Source of the DNA: Thermoproteota archaeon
GTDB lineage: Archaea > Thermoproteota > Thermoprotei_A > Sulfolobales > Acidilobaceae
Assembly (NCBI GenBank): GCA_030549835.1
Contig: JAUQQR010000001.1
Location: 2,753 to 66,752, forward strand
Direction: 5' to 3'
DNA length: 64,000 nt
The notes beneath the pieces are model-generated. The model was not told the DNA's origin and did not search any database. It worked only from the letters and a program-made list of their open reading frames with translations. This document shows positions 1 through 10,667 of the stretch, piece after piece. Each line of letters opens with the position of its first letter. The stretch's first letter is position 1. The translations under genes and the position numbers were made by a program.

Positions 1-912
1 CCAGTCTCTGTAGGATCATATATCGTATTAACTATTGCAGCAGTGCTTGCATTATTATTTCTTCTAACTAGGAGGTCAACATTTTATTTTCTATCTGACT
101 CTTCAATAAAGATTGGAATCCCTCTAGCTTTAGCCTCTTTTCTAACTGGTAGTATATGGGCTATGGAATCTTGGGGTGCCCTATGGAGTTGGGATCCGAG
201 ACAGGTTAGTATATTATTCCTGCTAATAGCATATACTCTATACTTTGCTGTTAAGAATAGTGTTAGAGATCCTGATAGGAGACCCTCTATAGCTATGGCT
301 TATGCTTTCGCTGTTTACGCTACAGTACCATTAAGCTTTATTATACCTAGGATTGTTGAAAGCTTACACCCTACACCTGAACAGACTAGAGAGTTTATAG
401 CTGGAGATCCTCAACTCTTTCTATCAAGGCTTTTCATATTAAGCTTAATATCTATAACCATTATACTCTTAGCATATACTTACAAGCATAGAGTTAAAAG
501 TATTGAGTCAAAAATTATAACCTACACTCCACTAATAATTGTACTACTACCTTTAACTATAATATCATTATATGGGCTTACATTATCATTGGGGCTCGTA
601 GAACCTACAGGTAAAGTTCTAGATGCTAGGGTAGAAAATGATAAAATATGGTTAAAAATAGAAAGCAAAGACTCTACTATTGAAGGCTATTATACTGGAA
701 GACCTCCAATAACACCACTTGAAGTTGAGATAAGTGGAGAGAGGAAGATTACCTTAATTGATAATATTGTAGCTTACAGTTATAGTGATGGGTTTTTTAC
801 TAAGTTAAGAGTTGTTAATCACCCTGTTGTCTACATTAATACTATAATCTACGCTATACTCCTCCCATTAGCAGTAATAGCTTCAACTAGAGGTGAGAGA
901 CTTGAAAGTTAA
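1..912 (+). CDS. ccmC: Cytochrome c biogenesis heme-handling protein CcmC (5'-truncated by the window edge), with a C-terminal extension
   Basis: Trp-rich motif WAMESWGALWSWDPRQ and SLHP His motif; frame is open from base 1; next to ccmE and ccmF. Confidence 0.85.
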   Translation, partial: PVSVGSYIVLTIAAVLALLFLLTRRSTFYFLSDSSIKIGIPLALASFLTGSIWAMESWGALWSWDPRQVSILFLLIAYTLYFAVKNSVRDPDRRPSIAMAYAFAVYATVPLSFIIPRIVESLHPTPEQTREFIAGDPQLFLSRLFILSLISITIILLAYTYKHRVKSIESKIITYTPLIIVLLPLTIISLYGLTLSLGLVEPTGKVLDARVENDKIWLKIESKDSTIEGYYTGRPPITPLEVEISGERKITLIDNIVAYSYSDGFFTKLRVVNHPVVYINTIIYAILLPLAVIASTRGERLES

Positions 913-1309
913 AATAATAGTCTTAGCTATACTACTATTCATAGTTATATTTATTGCAGCATATGTAGCCTCAACTTCTAGAGGCTACCTAGATGTATCA
1001 GAACTCAAAGGATTTAGTGGAGGTTCTGTAAACGTTATAGGGTTAATAGTTGACTATAATATTAGTGGCGATAAGCTAGAAATTATCTTAGAAGGTAGGA
1101 GAGGTGATAGGGTTCTCTTAGAAATTCCTTTAACTTTATTCAATTCAGCTCATAGTAAACCGCCAGGTCCATGGATTATAGGGAAGAGTATTGGTATTAG
1201 AGGATACTACGTGAACTCTAGCAATGATAATTTATTAGGGGTTATTAGGGTAGATGAGATACTAAGCCCCTGCCACGAGTCTTATAAGGCTCCACCGGCT
1301 AGAACCTAG
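893..1309 (+). CDS. ccmE: Heme chaperone CcmE, CxxxY type
   Basis: N-terminal TM anchor, beta-rich body, C-terminal CHESY (CxxxY); overlaps the ccmC stop. Confidence 0.75.
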   Translation: MRDLKVKIIVLAILLFIVIFIAAYVASTSRGYLDVSELKGFSGGSVNVIGLIVDYNISGDKLEIILEGRRGDRVLLEIPLTLFNSAHSKPPGPWIIGKSIGIRGYYVNSSNDNLLGVIRVDEILSPCHESYKAPPART

Positions 1310-1314
1310 TAAAA

Positions 1315-3943
1315 TTACCTCTTCCTTAAACCATATGTGATTGTTAAAATTAATTGTAGGATTACTGCTAGCCCAGCGTTAAACCATAATATCCAAATGT
1401 ATGGTATAGTTTTAACTCTTAATACTAGTTCTTTAGGCGAGCTCCATTCCTCTGTGAGATTATAGAGTTTAAGGAGAGCTAGCGTATACTCTATTGGGTT
1501 TAAGTCTACTATAATTCTAGGATCGCCTACCTCAGATTTAAGCCTTGAAGCTATAAATATGGAAGCTAAAGCTATCTTCTCCTCAAATCTCTTACCTTTA
1601 AATACTTCACTCAAGTAGCCTAACTCTGCGTCTGTTATAGTTACCCGGCTAGTTAGCTGGTATATTTTGGGGTATACAGCTATATAATAGTCTGATAAAC
1701 CACTCCTAACTATAATAGGTCTAGGAACGAGACCTTTAACTCCAGCTAGCTCTCCACCTATATCATACCTTAGCTTAACTTGAGCGGGTACGCCCTCAAC
1801 ATTAACTAGTGTATTAAGCTCTAATACTCTAGGTATCCTAATGTTTATGCAAGCCTCTAATCTAGGTAGACAACTAGATTGAGTTATACCGTCTAGCTTG
1901 AGAGTTTTTAGTGTATAGTATAACTCTCTAGCTTGCGGGTTATTCTGGTGTATAGCGTATGCTTTTAGTATTGTAAAGTTTGATGTAAATGGTATTTTCA
2001 GATTACCTACCTGGCCTTCAACTAATAATTTATCCCCTATCCTTAATATGTTATATACTATTAAGGTTCTATTGTTTACTTCAATGTTTAGATATGGACT
2101 TAAATTGATAACCTCATCAGGCATGCTGCCTATTAATACCCCATTAATCTCCAATACACCTAGAACTATAGACTCCATAATACTCAATCTTAACTTTAAT
2201 GTAGCATTTCTAACTAGTATACTACCTCCTGGATATTTGAATTCAATACTCTCAATATGTAAACCCTCATCTGCTAAATCTAGCACACCAACCTCTAATA
2301 GAGTTCTCTTAGCTTCATCAACGGCCTCTGCATACGTCGTAGAGTATAGTATTGTATACTCTAATAGCTTTTTAGCTGTTTCCATAAGCTTATTATCCCT
2401 AGCAATTATAGTGCTTAAATTCATAGTACTACTCTCGGTCTTGAAACTAATACTCTCAACCATTAAACCATTACTTTCTAAGCCTAACTCTGCTCTTATT
2501 GTAGAGTAGTATCCCTGATTATATGCGAAGGGGGCACTCAGAGCTATACCTATTACTGCTAATACTAGGAATAGATGTACTAATGTTTGGAGAGCTCTCC
2601 TAAAAGACCTCCTAGTAGCCCATAGTATACTTGATAATGCTAAGATTATAGAAGTGTATGCTGAGCCTATGATAAGTGAAGCTATTAAGATATTAATGTA
2701 TAAGCTACTCAATGGAGAGTAAGTATAGTTTTTGAGAATTACTACTATAGCTCCTAAAGTAATGAGTATAAAGTACCCGGAGATTAATGGAATATATAGC
2801 CTCGGGTCTAGTAAGCTGTGAGTATACGCTATTGGCGTTATAGCAAGAGCTAGGATTAATGCTGGAGCTAGAAGTGGAGTATATAATCTAATAGCTGAAT
2901 CAAATGCTGGAGCAGATATAGAGAATAGCCCGGTTAAGCTTCCTAAAAGTGATGGTAGTAATGCTCCTATTAATATGAGGGATGAGTATGTAGTTAAAAT
3001 AATTGATAAAACTAGGCTGAGATCATACAAACCATTAATCTTTACATTAACCTCCTTAAAATACATGTATGAGGCGAAAGCTATGAGAGCTATTGAAGCC
3101 AAACACACGTAAGCTGTTAAAGCTTGAGGTGATGCGAAACCATGGATTGGAGATAAACCGGATCTAACAACCATAAAACCATAGTATACTGATGCCAGAC
3201 TAGAAGCGATGAAAAGACCATAGAGTTTATGGGATAAAGCGAATGAATGCATAGATGCTGTAATAAGGAGCCATGGGATTAGCTGAATTACCTCAACAGG
3301 ATCCCAAGCCCAGTAACCACCCCAGCCTAGAGTCTCATAACTCCATAAACCCCCAAAGATTAAAGCTAGAGAGAGTAGCCCAAGCAAAACCTAACATAAC
3401 CCTAGAGTAGTATACGTTATGAAAGTATAATGCGAAGGATGAGGCGATTAAGGCGTAAGATAAGAAAGTGGCTAGGGGATGAGGGTAAACCCAGGGATTA
3501 AGGAGGAGTGGGTTTAAGCCTAAACCACTATCAATACTAGCATCTAGTGATTCGAAAGCTCCATTAATGAAAGCTAATATTAATCCTGATAAGACAGTTA
3601 AAGTAAATATAGATTTAGTAGCCTTAGATTCAAGATTCCAAAAAGCTAATGCTATAACTGATAATATCGTAGAAAATAAGAGTAAACTACCACCACCATT
3701 ACTCCAACTAGCAGCAACTCTATAGTATATTGGGAGTTCATGGTGAGAATTATAGTAAACAACACTTAACGTATAATCACTAATAACAAACAATAAGATG
3801 AAAATAGTGAATGATACTATAACAAGCAAATGACTAAGAACATATAGTAAGTTACGAGGCCTAAAGAGAGTATAGTAGAAGTTAGCAATTAAAAACAATA
3901 TAGTAAGCAAATAAATGAACCCAAGCCAGTGAATACCAAACAC
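1315..3943 (-). pseudogene. ccmF: Cytochrome c synthetase CcmF, split by a frameshift into 3335..3943 (N-part) and 1315..3387 (C-part)
   Basis: N-part has WSNGGGSLLL, GLGLNPLL and YPHP; C-part has WSYETLGWGGYWAWDPVE, SMHS and RSGLSPIHGF; frames switch at (AG)4, 3368-3375. Confidence 0.8.
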
Positions 3944-4096
3944 TTATTACACCATAATGCGCTAGCAGACTTAAACTTAAAAACCTAGATTCATACATAG
4001 TGACGACGAGAAGATCCATAGATAATATTGAATTTATAGAATGTGTGGCTAGACATTAATAATTATAAACTTTGACCTATAGTTATCAAAATGAGT

Positions 4097-4171
4097 GCCG
4101 CGGTAGCTCAGCCTGGATAGAGCGCCGCCCTGGTAAGGCGGAGGTCCCGGGTTCGAATCCCGGCCGCGGCT
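4097..4171 (+). tRNA. tRNA-Thr(GGT)
   Basis: Acceptor GCCGCGG/CCGCGGC; anticodon arm CCGCC-CT-GGT-AA-GGCGG; GTTCGAATC T-loop; no intron; CCA not encoded. Confidence 0.95.
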
Positions 4172-4183
4172 TTAATAATCTGG

Positions 4184-6604
4184 CTATCTAGGTTTCCATT
4201 TCGATAGCTGGTAGCTACTTAATGTTACTGTTATAGAGCTTAATGCCATAGCTGCTGCAGCCATTTCTGGTCTTAATGTTATACCTATTGGCGCTAGTAC
4301 TCCTGCTGCTATCGGGACTAGGATTATATTGTATATGAATGCCCAGAATAGGTTGAAGTATATTCTCTTCCTAGTTTTATCCGAGATCTCTAGTATTAGA
4401 GGTATTTTCTTTATATCAGCATCTGTTATTATTATGTCTCCAGCCTCTTTACTTATATCTGCTCCTGTACCCATCGCTACCCCAACATTTGCTCTAGATA
4501 AGCTTGGAGCATCATTTACCCCGTCGCCTACCATCATTACTTTAAATCCTTTTCTCTGTAACTCCTTTACTATTTCAGCTTTAGCTTCTGGGTCTAGCTC
4601 TGCGTAGACATCTGTTATTCCTATCTTCGACGCTATACTCTTAGCTGTCTCCACCTTATCACCTGTTAGCATTACTAACTTTAAGCCTCTCTCTCTGAGC
4701 TCTCCTATTGCTTCTATAACTCCATCTTTTATCTTATCAGCTATTCCTATCAAGCCTATTAGTCTTGATCCTTTAGCAACATAGACTACTGTAACTCCCT
4801 CACTCATAAGCTTTGATGAAATATCAGCGAGAGGCTCTATGTTAACTTCTAATCCTGCCATGAGCTTAGAGTTGCCAACACCTATAGTTTCACCTTCTAG
4901 ACTAGCAATTAAACCCATACCAGGTATGGACTCGAAGCTTTCAGGATCTCGGGGGTACTTACCATACCTAGAGAGATACTCTTCTAGTATAGCCTTAGCT
5001 ATTGGGTGCTCGCTTAGCTTCTCAGCTATTGCAGCATATGCTAGGACATGATCTACTGTATAGTTACTGGAAGGTATTACTGCTACAACTGTAGGTTTAC
5101 CTAGAGTTAGTGTACCTGTCTTATCGAATGCTATGAGGTTAACACTATTAATCCTCTCTAAAACCTCGACATTTCTAACAACTACTCCACTCCTAGCAGC
5201 TATGTTAACTCCAGCTACTACAGCTGTTGGTGTAGCTATGCCTAGCGCGCATGGACATGCTACTAGGAGAACTGAGGCCATAAATACTAGGGATCTCTCT
5301 AAGCTAGCCCCAACTACAAAGTACCATATTATAAATGTTATTATAGCTATAGACATTATTATCCAGGTAAATATTCCAGCTATCCTATCAACTATCCTCT
5401 GAATACTTAACTTCCCAGTCTGAGCTTGTGATACTAGCTTAGCAATCTGAGCTAGAGTAGTCTCACCCCCAACTCTAGTAGCTATCACGTAGAGCCATCC
5501 GCCTGTTACTATTGAGCCAGCATAGACAGGATCTCTCTCACTCTTCTCTCTAGGTATAGGCTCTCCTGTAAACATACTCTCATCTATATAAGCTTTACCT
5601 TTAACAATAATACCATCGACTGGAATCTTCTCACCCTGCCTTACAACTATAATATCACCAACCTTTACCTCACTTATAGGTACCTTAATCTCCCTACCTC
5701 CTCTAACTACGTAGGCTTCTTGAGGTTGAATCTCCATTAGCTTCTTAACAACCTCACCAGTGCCTAGCTTAGCCCTAGCCTCTATGTATCTACCTGTAAT
5801 CACGAATGCTATTATTAATGCTGCAGCTTCATAGTAAACATCTCCATTAAGTAAGCCAAGTGTAACTGCTAGACTATACACGTATATAGAGCCTGTTCCT
5901 AGGGCAACTAGAGTATCCATATTAGCTGTTAAATTCCTAAAAGCTCTATAAGCACCTTGATAGAATCTCCTCCCAGGCATGAATAGTACTATACTAGAGC
6001 CTATGAGTCCTAAGAACTCATAATATGGGCTTGGGAAGCCGTGGAATATATGTATAATCATTGATATGAATAACGTGAAGCCTATAGCCAATGATACTAT
6101 AGACCATCTAAGCAGATAGCTGAGCTCTAGTCTACTAAAATCCTCAAGCATAGCCTCTCTCATTATACTAGCTTTATAGCCTAGACTTGCAAGAATCCCG
6201 ATAATATCCTCTACAGATCTAGACTCTGGGTTTAGGGATATAATTAGAGTTCTAGTAAGGTGAGATGCACTAGCATCAATAACACCAGGTATTCTTTTAA
6301 GCTTAGATTCAATAATACTCTCATCTTCAATAGAAACCATGTTCTCAACAAGAATAGTAACCTCCTTACGGTAAACATCATACCCAGCACTTCTAATAGC
6401 CCTAACAATATCTCTTAAACTAGTAACTCTAGAGTCGTAGGATACTGTAGCCTCATTAGAGGCTAGGCTAACCTGAGCTCTAGAAACACCCCTAACACCC
6501 TTAACAGCTTTCTCAATAGTTAGGACACACGTAGCACAATGCATACCAATAATTTTTAACTTCTCAGTGGTAATACTAGAGTTATCTGAGATCATATACT
6601 CCAC
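4184..6604 (-). CDS. copA: Copper-translocating P1B-1 ATPase
   Basis: GMHCATC HMA domain, TGE, CPC, DKTGT, SEHP, GDGVND, YN and MxxSS membrane ligands. Confidence 0.92.
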   Translation of the reverse strand: MEYMISDNSSITTEKLKIIGMHCATCVLTIEKAVKGVRGVSRAQVSLASNEATVSYDSRVTSLRDIVRAIRSAGYDVYRKEVTILVENMVSIEDESIIESKLKRIPGVIDASASHLTRTLIISLNPESRSVEDIIGILASLGYKASIMREAMLEDFSRLELSYLLRWSIVSLAIGFTLFISMIIHIFHGFPSPYYEFLGLIGSSIVLFMPGRRFYQGAYRAFRNLTANMDTLVALGTGSIYVYSLAVTLGLLNGDVYYEAAALIIAFVITGRYIEARAKLGTGEVVKKLMEIQPQEAYVVRGGREIKVPISEVKVGDIIVVRQGEKIPVDGIIVKGKAYIDESMFTGEPIPREKSERDPVYAGSIVTGGWLYVIATRVGGETTLAQIAKLVSQAQTGKLSIQRIVDRIAGIFTWIIMSIAIITFIIWYFVVGASLERSLVFMASVLLVACPCALGIATPTAVVAGVNIAARSGVVVRNVEVLERINSVNLIAFDKTGTLTLGKPTVVAVIPSSNYTVDHVLAYAAIAEKLSEHPIAKAILEEYLSRYGKYPRDPESFESIPGMGLIASLEGETIGVGNSKLMAGLEVNIEPLADISSKLMSEGVTVVYVAKGSRLIGLIGIADKIKDGVIEAIGELRERGLKLVMLTGDKVETAKSIASKIGITDVYAELDPEAKAEIVKELQRKGFKVMMVGDGVNDAPSLSRANVGVAMGTGADISKEAGDIIITDADIKKIPLILEISDKTRKRIYFNLFWAFIYNIILVPIAAGVLAPIGITLRPEMAAAAMALSSITVTLSSYQLSKWKPR

Positions 6605-6702
6605 CTATTAACGATAAAGTTGAAGAATAACTTAATACCTATAGTATATATTATTAGCGATAATATAGATAATCCCTAGCTATTAACTTTCGCTATAATA
6701 AG

Positions 6703-7254
6703 TTAAGGTATGCTAAGCCTCCCGTATATAGATGTTGCTAAGAGTATGAATCCTGTCGCTATTGTTGCTAGAACTGGTGATAGTAGTATACCTGATAATA
6801 GTAGGGTATAGCCTGCTATCATATACATGTTTTCTCTAGATTTAAAAGCTAGTATTCTTAGAGACTCTGCTATCATATAAAAGCCTACTATTAGGGTTAA
6901 ATGTACCCCAACTATTAATATAAGTTGTGGTATATTTGCACTATCTATCATATACGGCACATCCGGTAATAGCGTTATTAAAGCTATACTACTAGTAGTA
7001 AGCCTAGCATAGCTTGCCATATAAGCTAGTATAAATGATACTATAGATAGAACTAATCCATTCTTTAAAAACTCGCCCATTGCTGGACTATCATAGACTA
7101 TTGAGAGCCTATGTATAGCTAGTGAGACTATTAATAGACCTAAAATCCATGAGAGTAAGCTTAACATAGGCATGTCTACTATGAAGAGTAGAGATGAGGC
7201 TATCATGAGGAAACCTCCAGTAAATATCTCTAATTTCTGAACTCTAAAGTACAC
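6703..7254 (-). CDS. Integral membrane protein (possibly DUF996-like)
   Basis: 183-aa ORF with about 5 hydrophobic segments; family assignment tentative. Confidence 0.6.
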   Translation of the reverse strand: MYFRVQKLEIFTGGFLMIASSLLFIVDMPMLSLLSWILGLLIVSLAIHRLSIVYDSPAMGEFLKNGLVLSIVSFILAYMASYARLTTSSIALITLLPDVPYMIDSANIPQLILIVGVHLTLIVGFYMIAESLRILAFKSRENMYMIAGYTLLLSGILLSPVLATIATGFILLATSIYGRLSIP

Positions 7255-7361
7255 TTATAGGTTACCCATCTAGAAATTACTACTATTAAACTATTTATAT
7301 TTAACATAGTAAGACTTAAAGCTTGATATGAGGTTGTATCAGCAATTGACTACTAATAGCT

Positions 7362-9059
7362 TTAAGTATTCTTTAGAGCATCATAACTACTTATTTCATT
7401 TAGGAAGCTTACTATTCTCCTATACATATCTATCCTATTCACTTCTTTTCTTATGCTATGACCCTCGTCTTCGTATATTTTAATCTTATATTTTTTACCA
7501 TATACTCTAAGCTTTTCTACTAACTGCTCTACTTCATATACCGGGCATCTTGGATCATTAGCTCCATGTATTAGGAGTATTGGTGCTTTTACCTTATCAA
7601 TGTGGAATATTGGTGATCTATCGTAGAATAGGTTTGGATCCATTTTAATAGCATCATAGGATTTAAGATAATCAGCTTCTCTCTCATACTCAGTATACCA
7701 GTTATAAAATCCTACTATAGCTACTCCACCATCCCAGATCTCTGGCTCTTTAACTAAAGCTAAAGCCGTTAGATATCCCCCATATGATGCTCCTAGAACG
7801 TAAACTCTCCTAGAGCCCATATTCTTAGCTAGCCTCCACGCTTCAATAATATCTCTAAGATCTCCTCCTCCAAGGTCCTTATCGTTTAAGTGTAGAAATC
7901 TCCTCCCATACCCAGTACTACCTCTATAGTTTGGAGCAATAACTATATATCCGTGCAACGCTAATAGCTGGCATAGGGAGCACCAAGTATCATATATGTG
8001 AGCATCTGGACCTCCATGAATATATATCACAGTGTCTCTATTCCACTCAGTAGGCTTGAAGACAACTGCTTCTATAGGTAAACCATCAAAACTATGATAT
8101 GATACTATATGGACTCCTACAAGCCTACCTCTAAGCTCTCTAGGTGTAGTATCGATGACAATCTTCCCATCGACAACTAGCATACTAGGAGTAGTAGACG
8201 AAGACTTAATATATGCTATCATATCTTTATCAACGCTAAGCTCTTCAACATTTAAATCTATATCTTCAATACTCTGACCCTTAAGCCTCCTCAAAATATT
8301 TCTCCCTCTTAAGTACTCTATGAATAGTATACTATCACCTAGATATGTTGGCTGATATTTCTCACTACTACTCCTATAAACCCATCTCCAGGATCTAGTA
8401 TTCAACTCATACTCACCAATATCAAGCCAATTATAGGTATTAGATGTGAATAGGAATCTCCTATTCTCTACATCAACATCCCCAATTAGCGTCTCAGAGT
8501 TATTGAAGTGTAGTAGAAGCTCATCATTAAGGGTATTAATGTCTACAATCCTAACTTCAGTATTATAAAAGCCTTTCACATAGACTATCTCACTATTAGA
8601 TATCCAGTCATAGATAAATATAGGTTCACTCCACCTAGTAACTTCCCTTATCTCTCCCCCATCATAAACGTGTATTTGAGACGGTTTCCCACCTCTATTT
8701 GAGGTAAAGGCTAGTAGATCACTATTAGGGCTAAATCTAGGATTAGTATGATAGTATTTAGGATTCCTCGTTACATCCTCCTCCTTAGCTGAGCTTAAAT
8801 CTCTAACTACAACTTGGAAGTTCTCATCACCTGCTCTATCTTTACAGTAAGCTATGAGATCACCTCTAGGACTAATTGTAGGATATAGGAATGAGTCCAA
8901 ACCACTAGTAACTTTCTCAATAAGATTATCCTTAACCCAGTATATAAAAACATCCCATTTACCATCTCTATTCCAATTAAACAATGAAGCATGTACTCTA
9001 GAGTTCACATCTACATTCATAATAAATCTTATCTTACCAAGAACTTCAATAATATCCAT
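7362..9059 (-). CDS. S9 family (acylaminoacyl/prolyl oligo-) peptidase
   Basis: HGGP, NYRGSTGYG, GASYGG nucleophile, DPRC and EGH triad; N-terminal beta-propeller-like repeats. Confidence 0.9.
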   Translation of the reverse strand: MDIIEVLGKIRFIMNVDVNSRVHASLFNWNRDGKWDVFIYWVKDNLIEKVTSGLDSFLYPTISPRGDLIAYCKDRAGDENFQVVVRDLSSAKEEDVTRNPKYYHTNPRFSPNSDLLAFTSNRGGKPSQIHVYDGGEIREVTRWSEPIFIYDWISNSEIVYVKGFYNTEVRIVDINTLNDELLLHFNNSETLIGDVDVENRRFLFTSNTYNWLDIGEYELNTRSWRWVYRSSSEKYQPTYLGDSILFIEYLRGRNILRRLKGQSIEDIDLNVEELSVDKDMIAYIKSSSTTPSMLVVDGKIVIDTTPRELRGRLVGVHIVSYHSFDGLPIEAVVFKPTEWNRDTVIYIHGGPDAHIYDTWCSLCQLLALHGYIVIAPNYRGSTGYGRRFLHLNDKDLGGGDLRDIIEAWRLAKNMGSRRVYVLGASYGGYLTALALVKEPEIWDGGVAIVGFYNWYTEYEREADYLKSYDAIKMDPNLFYDRSPIFHIDKVKAPILLIHGANDPRCPVYEVEQLVEKLRVYGKKYKIKIYEDEGHSIRKEVNRIDMYRRIVSFLNEISSYDALKNT

Positions 9060-9421
9060 ATATCTAGACCCAACTATACTATTCTCCTAAGACCTAAAAT
9101 TAATTTCCTAGCCTCCTAGACTAGAATTATAACTTCGCCTAATTTAGATAAGATCTAAGATCTAAATCTAGTTAAACTTACCAAACTCACTATTAATAAG
9201 AAGTATAGTTTAAGTCTAATATCCATGAGTATAATGGTCTTGACTTAAAATAGCTACGCTTCTAATCTCTCCTATTCTAAGAAACTAGATTTTAGCTATA
9301 TTATTAGACACTTATCTTGCTAGCTCTTCTTTTAAGTTATTTAAACTATAATTCTATACTCTTAGTGAGTAATGTATTTGGATGCTACTGAATGATATTA
9401 GATGCCTAGTTTTTAAGCTGT

Positions 9422-10537
9422 TTACACTATGGGTATGGGGTATCCTATTGACTTACCTATGTATTGGCCTCTTATATTTAGCTTATATTTACATCTCGGA
9501 CATCTCCCATCTTGGGTTAGCTTATAATCTGTTACCATGAATCCATATCTCTCTATTACTTTGTAGCCGCAGTTAGGGCAGTATGTATGTTCTAGTGGGT
9601 GGCCTGGGACATTGCCTATGTATACGTGTTTTAGGCCTTCATTTATAGCTATCTTTGCTAGTTTCTCTAGTGTTGCTACTGGAGTCCATGGGATATCTGT
9701 TAGTTTATAGTCTGGATGGAATCTTAGTAGGTGGAATGGTGTTTCAGGGCTTAGATTCTCTAGTATCCATCTCGCCATTTTCCTTATATGAGCCTCCTCA
9801 TCTCCATACTTGGGTACTACGAGGTTTGTTATCTCTATCCACCAGCCTTTATCTCTCATTGCTATTAGAGTCTCATATATCTTGTCAGGATCTCTAACAT
9901 TCATTATCTTATTATAAAACTCTACACTACCCCCTCCTTTGAAGTCTACTGTTGCTGCATCCATTAGATTACCTAGCTGGTCTACAGTCTCGGGTGTCAT
10001 ATAGCCGTTTGTTACCATAGTATTGAATAGGCCTTTCTTATGTGCTAGTTTAGCTGTATCTTCTAGGAACTCGTAGAATATTGTAGGCTCGTTATAAGTA
10101 TATGTTATACCTTGAGCGTCATAGGCTATAGCTAACTCTACTATCCTATCAGGCGTGAATTGAACCCCCATAAGGCCCTTCTCAAGCCTACTCTGACTAA
10201 TCTCCCAGTTTTGACAGAATTTACAGAAAAAGTTACAGCCCACAGTGGCTATACTTAATACACTACTAGCTGGGTAGTAGTGCATTAAAGGCTTCTTCTC
10301 AATCGGATCTATATTAACTGCTGTGAGTAGACCATAAACCATAGTGTACAGCTTACCATCAATATTTAATCTAACACCACAAACGCCATACTTACCGGGA
10401 GCTATGAGACAGCGCCTATGACATAGGTAGCATTCAATCCACCCATCCCTACCCTCAACAGGCTTCCATAGTTTAGCTTCTCTAACATGTGGTCTTTTTA
10501 AAATCTCAACTCTAATACTCAAATCAATATAACCCAA
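9422..10537 (-). CDS. amrS: AmmeMemoRadiSam-type radical SAM enzyme (PflA-like)
   Basis: N-terminal CxxCxxxC, DPIEKKPL, CNFFCKFCQNWEIS, YTYNEP and C-terminal CxxC pairs. Confidence 0.85.
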   Translation of the reverse strand: MGYIDLSIRVEILKRPHVREAKLWKPVEGRDGWIECYLCHRRCLIAPGKYGVCGVRLNIDGKLYTMVYGLLTAVNIDPIEKKPLMHYYPASSVLSIATVGCNFFCKFCQNWEISQSRLEKGLMGVQFTPDRIVELAIAYDAQGITYTYNEPTIFYEFLEDTAKLAHKKGLFNTMVTNGYMTPETVDQLGNLMDAATVDFKGGGSVEFYNKIMNVRDPDKIYETLIAMRDKGWWIEITNLVVPKYGDEEAHIRKMARWILENLSPETPFHLLRFHPDYKLTDIPWTPVATLEKLAKIAINEGLKHVYIGNVPGHPLEHTYCPNCGYKVIERYGFMVTDYKLTQDGRCPRCKYKLNIRGQYIGKSIGYPIPIV

Positions 10538-10667
10538 TAGTATATTCTAGTACTTAGCCTTTAAAAACACTAGTATTAAGTGTAATTATGAATTATAGTA
10601 TAGTAACATTAAATATTATTAGAGATAGAATTATAAGTGTTTTTAAATTCCCGCTCTATAAATAATA

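Noticed and set aside
3995..4060. Possible C/D-box sRNA upstream of tRNA-Thr (GTGACGA...)
   Set aside because: No canonical CTGA box D at the expected spacing.
9145..9172. Short tandem AGATCTA-AGATCTA-AATCTA repeat in an intergenic gap
   Set aside because: Only 2-3 short units in AT-rich DNA; compatible with chance.
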